DNA from: Lingula anatina
Lineage: Eukaryota; Animalia; Brachiopoda
Assembly (NCBI GenBank): GCA_051362555.1
Contig: CM120640.1
Coordinates: 60,986,788-61,050,787, forward strand
Direction of reading: 5' to 3'
Length of the DNA stretch: 64,000 nucleotides
Below, in pieces: positions 49,201 to 61,800 of the stretch. Below the pieces are notes generated by a model. It saw only the letters and a list, made by a program, of their open reading frames with translations. It had not been told where the DNA came from and did no database searches. The translations under genes and the position numbers were made by a program. Numbering within the stretch: position 1 is the stretch's first letter; each line of letters opens with the position of its first letter.

Positions 49201-51358
49201 GGTAACTAAAAGTCAAGTTCATTTTAATGTGCGTTTGATCTTGATTACACTAGTACTGCTTTAATTGATGGGCAATAAACAATATGTATCATATTTTTCA
49301 TGATTGATGTTAAAGGTTCCCTCCAAATGTGTGTTTTTTTACAGGGCAAACTCCTGTATTACTGGATTTCACCGACAACACAAAGGACAGATTCGACGAG
49401 GGGCAGCCGTTAGCGGGAGCAACGTTAGAATTAACTTGCAAAGTGAATTTTCAACCAAGGTCTGAGCTGATGCAGTCATTCAAATGGCTATTCAATGGCG
49501 AAGAGATCCCAGTATCTCCCTTTGATCCTAACAAACCACAGCAGAAAGACAGAATCAACATCGCTGGAGGGGAAGCGGACTCGACCCTCTACTACCCCGG
49601 GGTAACTCTAGAGAACAGTGGACTGTATACATGCACCCTAGACGGGACATTCGTGGGGGAGTTCCATAAAGAGATTTATGTAATAGAAGGTACTATTCTT
49701 TTTTAGACAGTATTATTTATCTCAATTTGAAAATATTGTTTTCAGGTCTTCTTGTTCGCTGTGCTTCAAGACAAATACTCGAAAATCAAAAGGTCTAGGT
49801 ATATTAAGTTTATTGATGTAGACCTATATGGCAAAATTGGTAGTGGTTTAATAATCATAGGGTGCCTTCCGAATTGGCCATGATAATTATGACTATCAAA
49901 ACGAACAAATAGATTTTCCTGTCTGTCCAGAATATATATAAGAAGACGGCATACTGAATATGTCCTCTACGGTTTTATTTTATGCTTTCGGTTCCTTGCT
50001 ATCCACAATGATATCGAGAGCCTATAATGACACACACTCACACTAAAAAAAAACCTTTCTATCTCGTATATCTAACCTCCGAAACCTTGTAAATCAAAGC
50101 CACGTGCAAATAAAGCTCCTGAATAAGGTCTTAGTTTAGAAAATGTCACAAGGTAGACATGCTTTGAAAGAATTAAGGAAATCTATCGACCAAATTTCTC
50201 GCACTGCAACTAAAACGCAGAGCAAGGTTTTAAAAGATTATAAAAAGAAAAATTTTAATTAAAACTGATAAAAAATCAAATAAATAACTCAAAATCATTC
50301 ATTTCTATTTCGTCATGTCATGCTGGCATTCATTGCATTAACACTAAATCAACACTCTTTCAGTGGTCACAAATAATGTTACCCTGAATCGGACGGGCCA
50401 GAACGCCACGTTGGAGTGCACGGTTTACAACTGGCCTGCATATGACTACGACAGCTCTCTCTTCAAACGGGACGGCGTCCAGCTGAACTCGAACGGGAAG
50501 GATTATTTTCAGCCACCATATGCCAAGCCCATCTTCAAAAACGATTACATATCAGGTTCCGTGAACGAGCTGGTCATACTGAATGCCGGTACGTGACAGA
50601 GGAAAAAGAGACATGAAGGGGAAATGTTATTGACAATTTAGACTTAAAACAAATGATTATATAGCGAAAAGGTTAAATTTAATTACCACTTTGGTCCTTT
50701 TTTGTCTGACAAAATATTGTATTTTTCGTAACTTTCGGTAACTCTCAAGTGGAAGTCCTATAGCTGTTAACAAAATTTTACTTTAATCATCATTTGCTTA
50801 CTAGCTCTATCGGATCTTTTTTTAATGTTTTGCATTTCCTTTTCCATTCCAGGACCTGAAGACGCTGGCGAGTACACTTGTGGCGTGTCTTTGATAGGCC
50901 CCCGGTCACATATTATTACCAAGAGTATTTTTGTCACAAGTAAGCTTATTTTAATGCAATCAAGAAAAGAAACCAAGAAAATATGGTAATTTTAAGGCTA
51001 TGTGTCAATTAGACCACATTACGCTTACATCAGATCGATTATTTCAATAAAAAAATGTCCTTTTATCCTGCTTATGACTGAAGTATTCTTAGTATCTTTT
51101 AAAAGACTTTATGTTATCCCTGGCAAAGGGCAGCATATTGAATCTTGTGTGTTAAATTATGACTCACAAAGCCAACTTTTACCCACTGAGATCTGAAATT
51201 TCCTTTGTCAATTGTTTAAATCTATTTGCAGCATTTTTTTCCTTTATATTTGTATTTTAGGTCCCACAAAAAAGGTAGCAAATGTCGCTTCTTTCCTCGA
51301 GAACTCGACGTTGTCGTTTCATCTTTTGGTTTTATTGAGTGTTCTGTGGTCACTATAA
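46078..51358 (+). CDS. Two-Ig-domain cell-surface protein A, signal peptide plus GPI-anchor-like C-terminus, ~274 aa
   Basis: Exons 46078-46147 (MARFLTPKGLFALLLSMLAHLCQG), 49345-49689 (LELTC...FKWLFNG...ENSGLYTC), 50364-50588, 50853-50939 (EDAGEYTC), 51261-51358 (...STLSFHLLVLLSVLWSL*). All introns are phase 1. Confidence 0.8.
46210..46262. repeat. (GT)n microsatellite
   Basis: Directly visible in intron 1 of Ig gene A. Confidence 0.95.
49133..49272. repeat. 70-bp tandem duplication (1 mismatch)
   Basis: TAACTAAAAGTCAAGTTCATTTTAATGTGCGTTTGATC(A/T)TGATTACACTAGTACTGCTTTAATTGATGGG x2, about 70 bp upstream of the first Ig exon. Confidence 0.92.
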
Positions 51359-52864
51359 CTGGATTGTTGCGGAAGCTTAACTGGCACCGAAACTGTTATT
51401 TATTGCCAAGCAAGGAGGCGGTCACACAAATAAATCAACACTATAGCAGCCAGAGGAGCGAATACGCTGCTGATTCAACTTTGCCATCAATTTTTTAGGA
51501 CTTTATTTCCGATAAGTTTTTCATATCGAAAACCTATATGGCATTGTTTAACACACTTGTTGTACTTTACGTCAAATATAAGAAACATTATGTCAAAGTA
51601 AAAGTCCCTTGAAAATGTCAAAATTTTGAATTACGAAAAGACTGATTAATTTATGCACGCTGATTTAATCATTATAAAATGAAAACTCCACTGTCCTATG
51701 CCTGCATTTAAAAGCTTCTGCTCAGGAAGGTAGCATATCATTAAGCAGACTTTGGGTGATATTCTTGCTATTGTCATGTATTAGAGCAGGTCTCTTGTAT
51801 ATATACACATATATTACACGTTTTTGTCTACTTAAAACTAAGAGCAGGTCTCTTTGGTTGTTTATGTAGTTTTTTTTCACAGTTACAACGTCTACGTCTT
51901 CTACACGAATGCCTTATTTATTTATAGTGAAATAAATCGTATATAAAATAACATATGTATTGAGTTTAAAAATCATTTGTGTCGAAGCGCCATTGTTTTA
52001 GTTATCTATACGTGTGTGCGTAAGTGCTTGTATGTATGTATGGGCACGGAAGTAGGGAATTGTTACAATAGAAAAATGGTGGAGTTTGTATGTATCAAAA
52101 ATGGAATTATTTGCAAATAACCTTTCTGTGTTAAATTTTTATATTAAGACACACAATTCCAATAAAATTGAAGAGAATTTCGACGATATCGGATTCAAGC
52201 TACCTTTTTATATTCGTCAAAACATCAAAAAGAAAGATCCACTCATTTGCTTAAGGCCTGGTTCACTTGGGAACAGCAATGCAAATTTGTAACAAACTCT
52301 TGCATAGACTTTGATGCTGCACCTTTCTACACCCAAATGGTGTTGTGAAAAAAGCACAACGAATTTAATTGTGTTAGATGTACTATAATGCATTCAAGAA
52401 AACGTTAAGTTCCACATGAGAGTGATTTGTTCTACCCTCAAAATACGACAACGGGGTTTTCTCAAATCCACCACCATGTCTCAGAAACAGTTCTGGATAT
52501 TCCATCAATACCAGTAAAATTCCTATATTCTACCACCACCGCCGCACCACCATAAGGTTGTATCACTACCGCAACAGGTACAACACTTGAGACTTGGTTT
52601 TGAAGTTGATAAATAAAGTACAATATAATTTCCACTTGTAATAATATTTACGGTCTTACTAGAACCAAATTCTGACTGATGCTTTTTGTGAAATGTAACC
52701 AAGCCAGAAAGAATTACCTATATTCATTGTACTGACTATCCCTTACTCAATGCTTTTTGCAAATATCTCCAATATTTTATCCTCATAAGTCATTACAGAT
52801 TGTATTTTTACTGACATATATTTATTTTATAATTTTGATAATACTAATAATATCAAAGAAAAGT

Positions 52865-52897
<33 letters not shown>

Positions 52898-53077
52898 GAA
52901 ATCAAGTAGGCCTGAAATTTTATAAATATCTTTTGTATTTACCAGTCACATGGGTTTTGGTTAAATGGGTGAGTCATGGCGGATATCATAGCAGGAACAG
53001 GGGTTGCCCAGTTTACAGCCATCCTCCACGTGGTTATTTGCGTATTATTTACATAAGGCTAAGACAAAGAGGGAAAC

Positions 53078-56000
53078 ATGACAGACTTCTTATCATATAA
53101 GCAATTCATGTTCACTGTTGTTTTCTGTATAGGTTATTCCTCACGAGGTAAGTGTCTGCATGGTTTCAATCGTACCTCTCTGTTATATAAAATACTTCTT
53201 AGGCAAAGATTCTTCGATTTACAGACAGGAGTAATTCCCTTGAAAATACACGCAAGCTAATTACGTGTTTCGAAAAGTGATGCATTGTTTCTGGTTGTAT
53301 TGTTGTTTGATTGTCTAATTTCTAACGCGTTTCGTGTTCAAGGAGGTGGGTTATGGTAATCCAAAATATGCTGTTGTTAAGTTTAATTCAACAAAAATTA
53401 ATGTAAGAAAACAGTGAATGAACGGTGTAATGACCTGAAGTCACCTGGTGTGCCCGAGTCCACTGGGAGTTCACCTATGGTATCAGAAAATACCGTTTCT
53501 AATGCTTGACACAAACGGAGAGCGTCGTGTTTTAGTTAAATAGAAATTACCACCAGTACTCTGAAACTTGTGACACAACATTTACAGGTACATATAAAGG
53601 AGTACGAATCATCACTAGCTGCAACGGGTCGTCATTCTTAATTTTGACTCTCATTTTGGAATAGATGCAAAGTCAAGTCAAAATTCTCGATTCCGACATT
53701 CATTTAGACATCTGTGATGTTGGCTAATTGTATTGGTGATGAGTTTCAATTGTTGTGAACATAATGAATTAAGGAACGTAAAAGTATAGAGAAACATGTG
53801 CTGTTAACTTATAGGAGGTTTGATACATCATTAGGAAGAATTTTACGGGTCTTTACAAATTGTTTACCCATGCGTAAATTATTCCCTATTACGCAGTTTT
53901 CACTTAATTATCAATAGTGCTGAACTTATTAATAGGTGTTCGGAAGGAATTTCCAGTTAGTCTTGGACCTTTACATGCTATTACAGATTCCTACATAGGC
54001 TACCCAGCCACTGCTTGCGGCTGGTTTGTGCGTTTTTAATAACTAGTCCCATTGTATTATTGATTTTGTTGGTACGCTGCATAAACGACTCCCTCTTACA
54101 AAAACCCCTTTATTTGGAATTTTGTTCATTTGATAATTATTAACTTTGTATACAATCACCATTTTGTGTAGCCAGATTTTGATGATAGACACTGGTACTC
54201 ATTTGGTTTAATATGAAATTTAACACTTGAAGATATTTGTATATTGCGGATATTTCTAACTTTGAGATCATCGTAATTTTGTTAGTTTGGAGTTTGAAAG
54301 ATAGCGTGACGTGGTTACTGAAAACTCCCAAAAAGTAACTTAAACCGTAATTTCATTAGAGTCATCATGACACTTATAAACTCATTACAATCAGAACCAT
54401 CAAGAATATATTTATTTTTGTATCAGTAGAATCCGTTCCACGACCGACAGCTGTTGCGTCGTTCTGGGAATCTTTTATCGAGAGTTGCATTATTAATTAA
54501 TACATCCGATAAGTGTGCAAAGGTACTGCATATGTAAACAAAACTTACCACGGTTACCAAAATGCTTTTTTTTCTGTAATTTTTTGTAAGGAAACAGTTT
54601 GGAGGTAAATGTCACGTTTGAAGACAACACAGTTCACAAGTATGGAGACTTCTTGCCGAACTACATAGCGAGTGACAGCCTGATATTCAAGTGTAATGCT
54701 GATATAACGGAGAGCGGTGCAACAGATTTCGGCTGGTATCTCAACAAAAAACCCATTTATACTTCCGACAAACCGGGACATCCCTCCAGTCATGGCCGCT
54801 TTCACGGTGGCGATGGACCTGACAGACCATCTGCAACAGTGCTGACCAGCACCCTGATATACCCGAACGTCACCGTGGACCAGAGTGGAGAGTATACATG
54901 TGAACTGAACGGCGTCAAGGGAGCCAATGCCACCAAGAGCGTGTACATTATTGACGGTATGGGGATGATGTTTATACATATTATTCCAAGTCAGTTCCAA
55001 GTTGCGTTAGTGAATTGCAATTATTTACAAATTGATGTTTCTAAAATGTGATACACTAATTCATTCATTCTTTATAATAACCTTTAAACCAAAATTACGT
55101 ACTTTTAATAAATGCATTTCAGAAAAAAATAACACTGATGAAGGCTTAATCGGTTGCCATCTTGATCGGCTGTGGTTTTATTTATTATGTCATACGGGAC
55201 TCATACCAGACCACCGTAGTAAAAAAAAAAGTACTGCCAACATATACAAACACTGAAAATTAGTTCATCTCTATAAGATTTTGTGCTTGTTCACTTCCAG
55301 TCCTTACCAATGTGACAGGCCAGGTTGATAGGGACCCAAAGAACGTGACACTTGAATGTGTGGTCTACAACTGGCTGGCACACGATCCGCCAATATTCTC
55401 AAAGGGCAGCAAAGAACTGGGCTCGGATGGGAAGAAGTACATAAAATCAAAATTCTCCACATTCCGAGAGGAAGGAAAATACAGGACGGGATCAGCAAAT
55501 AGTTTAGTTATACTAAATGCCGGTAGGAAGCTACAACTTTGAGATTGCTTTTGTCGTTTTGCCACTGTGTATGTAGAAGTTCTCTACACTCCCTTCGAAC
55601 GCTTGTATTGCTTTCGTAATACCCCCTTTTCACTGGAAGGCGTCCTTTCTGCGACCATGAAATTTGTCATCGCTGTGGTCTTAATAAGGAGGAACGAGTA
55701 TTGATTTTGTATCAGAATGAATGCTCAATGATCGGCCAGCTGTCGGCACGTAAAGTATTATAATTTTTTAACTCTCAAATGGGGCCGTACTGCTGGACGC
55801 AGAAAGGATGCCGTCTATTGGAAAGGGGGCTTAATCTTTATTGTGCCGCGTTTTACCAATATAAATAGGGTGTTGTTTTGTAGGTGGATTAAAAACAGTG
55901 ACATATCGTACATTCACTTGCTGTTGAGTAACGAGACTTTCTACGTATGGGTACATATATTAACATGTTTTTATGCATTTATTCTTCAGGACCAGAAGAT

Positions 56001-56434
56001 ATAGGCGAGTACAAGTGTTCTGTAACATTGAAATCTACAAATGACCACAGAATTACGAGGTCCATGTTCGTTACTGCACCAAACACAGTTGCCGGTATGA
56101 ATTTCTTCTCACAGCTCTTCATTATATTAATGGAGCCGTTTTTTGAAAGATCGCACTTAAAAATGTTTCTAGATATTTTGAAATCTCTCGACAGATGAGA
56201 ATTTGGATAAGGTTTTACAATCACTAAAAGATTTATGATGAGAATCAAAGCTGCACTATCTCACATATTCTAATTCAATTTCGACTTTTGTAAAAGAAAA
56301 AAGTGCAATATTTATGGCAAAGCAAGTATAATCCAATTGTAGGTGGAAGCAAACCCCCCCTTGTGCCGAGTGTGTTGTGGACAGCTGGCTTGGTCGTCGC
56401 ATGCATCCTCTGGATTCTTTCAGCCGAGACGTGA
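53078..56434 (+). CDS. Two-Ig-domain cell-surface protein B, signal peptide plus GPI-anchor-like C-terminus, ~284 aa
   Basis: Exons 53078-53147, 54591-54956 (LIFKC...FGWYLN...DQSGEYTC), 55301-55522 (VTLECVVYNW), 55990-56094 (EDIGEYKC), 56343-56434 (GGSKPPLVPSVLWTAGLVVACILWILSAET*). Same architecture and phases as gene A. Confidence 0.8.
55622..55830. mobile_element. ~210-bp MITE with ~36-bp imperfect TIRs (PIF/Harbinger-like) in intron 3 of Ig gene B
   Basis: Left CCCCCTTTTCACTGGAAGGCGTCCTTTCTGCGACCA versus right TGGACGCAGAAAGGATGCCGTCTATTGGAAAGGGGG, with TAA-like flanks. Superfamily is inferred. Confidence 0.7.
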
Positions 56435-57843
56435 AACCAGTCTGTATAGCTTCTACCTGGGGCTCAAGAAAAAAGGTCTACAACGTATGAGACGTGGATA
56501 AAAATTCATCGTTTTCTTCACGTGACTTTTTTTCCAAAATAGGACTTTACTCCGCAGTTCTTACTTGGTCTGGATCTTATGCTTGTTAAACCGATACAGT
56601 TAAGCAAAAAAAAAAAAATTCAAGGTCATCAATGCCTGCAGTTATCTCTAATAAGAGTATTTTTGTGTTCTCATCTTCGATGTTGCAAGTGGTATTTTTC
56701 TGACAATACCATTGTTAACTTAGGATTTTGAGAATCCAAGCCATTGTGTCAAGTCTTAATTATGACATCATAGTTTTGTCATACATTTCGGCCCCGTTTC
56801 ATCAATGCCCGGAAGATGAATATTTTTCTGCTTTAAAATTGTAAAAGTCATATTAAAATGTTGGCCAATGCCGAAAAGAGCCCGATCCGTCCAGTTTTCA
56901 ATTTTAAGTCCATCTTATTATTTTTTTAGCATGCATTTAAATTACAACATAACCTTTATCTAGCAAATGTGTAGTTTTTCTGGAAATACCTGTAAGACAT
57001 ACTTGAAAGACTCTCACCAACTCTTCTTTAATCGCAAAAGATGCCTGTTGTAATTAAAATTTCTCTCAGTATGTCAAACTACTTCAATGGAACCATCATA
57101 AGGTTGGGGTCACAAAAAGACAAGAGAAGATGCAGTGTTCAATTTAACTTTTTATTTCAGTTTGTCAAATTGTTTCACAATAAAAGCCCTGAATTTTAAT
57201 ATCATAATATGTAAGTTATTTGCTTACAATCTGCATATATCATAGCATATAGCAAACGTGCAAGAGCAAAGGCTGGTAAGATGGCTAATAAAGCTTTGGT
57301 TCATTCTCCCTAAAAATTATTATAAAAATTCAACTTTAGAACCGACTAGAACATAATAAACCAAAAAAGACCAGATTATAGTATTTCAGATTGACAGAAA
57401 TAGGATGAGATTATTCTGCTCTAGTTTCTTTAGCACCTCAACTCAGTTGTACAAAACTTGGGTTTTCAAACTACTAAATCTTGTAATAACACTCAATGAA
57501 GTCAAGAAGTCCACTGTACACTACTAAGTCAACACATCCTGCCCAGTCAAAATATACAAATTGGTCATGTCTAATACCAGGTCACTACTATATAAATATT
57601 AATAAATATGATGATGTCATCTTAACTTACTATTAAAAAAATCTAAAGAAAATTTTGATTCATATAGGTAAATAAAAGCTGTTACTAGCTAAAGCATGCA
57701 AAAAAGCATCAGTTTTTTTTATTAATATAACCATATAATTTGACATATTTTCAAGCAAATTTGGGTAATAATATCAACAAGTCCAGCACTGCTCAACAGA
57801 GAAAAAAGTATACAAAAATAATTTGATATATCTTCTTTTCAAA

Positions 57844-57875
<32 letters not shown>

Positions 57876-58309
57876 AAAACAGTTCTACATCATGTTCATG
57901 GCTGTCTCTTGATGCCAGATTCCAGTTTATAATGATTTATTTATTGCTAAAGCATTTAATGACACCTGCAAAATCACCCAATTCCCTAATCTAATTGATA
58001 AATTGTCATTTAACAAGTGTTTTAAATTGTAAAAAATGCTGCAACCATATGTACTGTGGTAAAAATGCTGTTGTTTTCTCAACCTTATTGATTGAGGATA
58101 GAGACTTGCATATTTTTGTAACCTTATGGATATGAACACAAATGATTCTTTTGGTCGATTAACAAGTTCCAAAAAACACCACTTTAACTATTATATCCTG
58201 AGAATAAAACAGTGACAGGAAAAACAATCATATTAATTTTTAAATGTCCATACATAACAATAAAGTGATTTTTGTTTAAAAAAAAACAAATCTAAATGCA
58301 ATACACATC

Positions 58310-58803
58310 TCAAACTCTTCCACTGGTGTCATCAAGATCATCTTCTGTCTCACTATCAAGAAGACTCTTGTCAGAGTTCCCAGTTTTCAAACCTCGATAC
58401 TCCCCCTTAGCAGTATCTACCCCATTGGCTTTCCTATTCCTCCAAAACAAATACCCATTACTGTATGCTTGGAAAAGGAAAAATATCAACAAAAACAGAA
58501 CAATAGACGACACACAGAACAGTATAGCAATTGCAACCATCCATATGACTTTTGGTTCTATGTAAGACATGGGTCTCTCCCTCAGAGGCACACAAGCTCC
58601 CTTACTTTGGATATAGTTCTTATGGCAAGTAAGACACTGTTGAGGAGTGGGTCCCGAACACGTCTGGCATGACACATTGCACACTTTACACACTAGTTGG
58701 AGAGTACCGTTAGTGTTGTTTCTGGTAGAGGTGCTTGGGTAGTAACCCCCAGGGCAAGTCTCCAGGCAGTCTGAGCCCAAGGCATACATGCCATCTGTAC
58801 AAC
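58310..58803 (-). CDS. Terminal exon of a furin-like proprotein convertase (Cys-rich repeat, transmembrane helix, cytoplasmic tail)
   Basis: Acceptor at 58804-58805. Encodes CLETCPGGYY...CKVCNVSCQTCSGPTPQQCLTC (furin-like repeat), a long hydrophobic helix, YRGL (compare furin YKGL) and acidic cluster DSETEDDLDD. No catalytic-domain exons were found in the window. Confidence 0.8.
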
Positions 58804-61800
58804 CTGCAATGAAAAACAAACACATAAAAATAGGTTTACTTACTTAATAAAGAGACAATATTTGTATTTCAAAAATTATATTTACTTGCAAAATAAAAAA
58901 GATCTTGACATTCAAAGTACTTAATTTATTTTATTGATGATCTAAAACTAAAGCATTCTCAATGGCATTACTTTTGCGGAAACACTGTTACGACAAACTA
59001 AGTGAGAAAAACTGCAAAGCTGTTGCTCGAGGATGATGAGGATGAAATGACAGACAGAAGGTACAGAGCAGGCAAGCAAACTGGCTAAATCACAACATAT
59101 CTCACATTCAGTCAGAATTTGAAAAAGACATCATTTCCATTGCTGTTAAGCCGAAAGCCTCCAACCCAAGAAATAAATCCCAGCCTCTTTACAGGTGCAG
59201 AACCATACCAACCCATTACTACACAGGTTGCTTTCCAGTAGTTTTCTGTGTGAATACAGCTAGAAAGAACTATTATTTTTGCATGAGGATTCAGTCTGTT
59301 GTTACTGCTGTGGTTGTCATTCACAAAGTTGAAACACTTAACTTTTATCTGAAGTGAACCAAACTTGCACTTTCAAATTTCTAAATGCTATTTTTCATGT
59401 CTTACTATCAAAATATTTTTGAAAAATATCATCAACTTTGGTCTGATTTTGTGAGCAAAACTACACAACAACCTGCCCATGTAAATGGCTCATGAAGATA
59501 AGTTGAAGCCCACTACAAGAGGTTAAATTGTAATTTAAAATGAAGATTCAACCTGTTCACTACAAAAGTGCACAGTAATACCAGAATTTTTTTCACAGAG
59601 CTCTTAGAGGCATTATATTATATTCCTCAGCCCATTAACTATTGGCAAGATGTTAACCATGTTTTTTAATGGCATGTTAGTAGAAAATATATCAATACAC
59701 CAAAATTTAGTGTTCACCAGGCTAAAAGGCCATAGCAACAAAAAGACGGAATGCTTGTTCAATCAGAAAAGTCCCTAGTGTGGTATAAAATGTGCAGGGT
59801 ATAACACATTTGGCACTCAGACGTGACAGTGCAAGTGAAGTTGCATTTACATCAAGTTAAACACAGACATTTTCTGGATTTTAACATGACAAACTGATTA
59901 ACAGATGAGAAAATTAGCCATTTTAAAACCCAGAACAGGTTCATGTTAGATGTGATGTAAATTGTGCTCATTGCTTAGATATCGTACTGTTTCATCAACC
60001 ATAGTGCACTGTCCTTACCCAGCTGTAAAACTTCAACTATGCAATGCAACTATATGTACACTCTCAGCTTAAAGAAAAACAAAATAACAGCAGCAACAGT
60101 ATGTCTCTTTTCTCTGACCGAATGCATGCAAAATGCCATCAACTACATAACATGCACACACTACAGGGTGATTCCATAATTTGTTGTACTTTTTTTTTCA
60201 ATTATACTTTTGAGTTTCTTAGTAAGAAAAAATAACACAATATTACTTCATTAATAAACAAACTATGTTCAAAGCTAATCTCCATCTAAAACAGATTGGG
60301 TGGTATATTGTTATGTTGGTTTAAGCAATCTAAATAACACACATTTCACAATACATTCATGGTTAAAAAATAATGAAGTTCACTTAAATAAAAAATCAAA
60401 TTAGTTAGGGACACAATAAACAAATAGCAAACTTTCTTAAGTACAAATGAATAAAGATGCGTGCTCAGAAAATTGATCTTGAGGTGTTGTATGGCATTTT
60501 AATCATCTATAGATATAGATCGGAAAACAGATGTGTCCATGCAACATGCACTCTGGGTATATAACAGTTGATCCTTAAATTTTAAACACTCAAAAAATTC
60601 TAAATCATATATTTCAACACCATCTGAATAATCCATGCACCAAGAAAACTGACTGCAGTTAAATTAAAAGTTAATTTCATGTTTTGACAGCAGCAGTAAC
60701 AGGAAGTTGCACATAAATATGAAACTTAAAGCAATAAGATGTAAGGATGTAGTTTTGCATCTTGGTAAATTGATCCTATTGGCTTTCAGTTGGCTACAGG
60801 TACAATATGTGAATACAAAATACCACTGGTTTATCTTAATCCATCAGTCATCAAAACTAAGTTAATCTAACAACAAAATGTAAGCAATGTCCAGGCATGT
60901 CATTATTAATATTCTAAGTAAGGTCCAACAGCAATCAATACAAGATCAATACAAATAGATACTTTGATAGGTGTTGCTGCACCATCAAATGACATGCCTG
61001 AAAATCAAACAATAAACAAATGAAGACTACAAGTTTACATAAATAAGCCTTGGTTACATAATTATAACACCTGTGGCATATCATGCGTGTACACAAGTAC
61101 CATGCTGGATAACACAGCTCAACTTCATTTTAAAAGGTGAAAAGGCCCAAAATCACAGACAAACATGCCTGGAAATAGGACATATTCCAACACATGCAGA
61201 TAGTTAATGAGAAAGTTGCTTGGAATAAACAATTAGTTGTAATTTCTCAACTCTGCAGCCATGGTCTTTAACTCAGATCTACCACAATAACTGAACAAAC
61301 AATTGGTTTGTTAGTGTTGATACATACACTCACCCTGGATACTTGAAGAGCTGAAACTAATAAGACTTGCTTCTGTTTGTCCATCACATTGAAATTTTGG
61401 ACAAGGTAATTTTGTGATGAACCCAGTATTTATCATCATTATATTAACATTGAATGGATAGGTATTCATTTGAATTCCCCCCCCCCCTTTTTTTCCTAAA
61501 ACATTGCTTTTTTTTTCAAGAATAACAGTAAAGTAATCTTATTAATGTTTCCTTAAATTAATGCTCAAAGACACTCAGATGGCTATTTCTTTGCCTTGGT
61601 TGACCAAATCTCAAGATTTTTTTTAAATATTTGATACCTCGTTTTTCCAATTTTGTTTCAATAAGCATTTATGTTTTACAATTTGGAAATGAACTGAAAT
61701 GACGACATTAACATTAAAGGTATCAAAAAGTATTCAGATAGTTTTTTCTTTTCATCAAAATCTTCAATTTGCCAAAACAACAATTATCTTTTCTCTCTTT

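Noticed and set aside
22667-58803. Functional secretory-pathway cluster (HEEL JmjC pair, COPE, GPI-Ig genes, furin)
   Set aside because: Animal gene order rarely reflects pathways, unrelated GKAP1 is interleaved, and there is no synteny or co-regulation evidence in the window.
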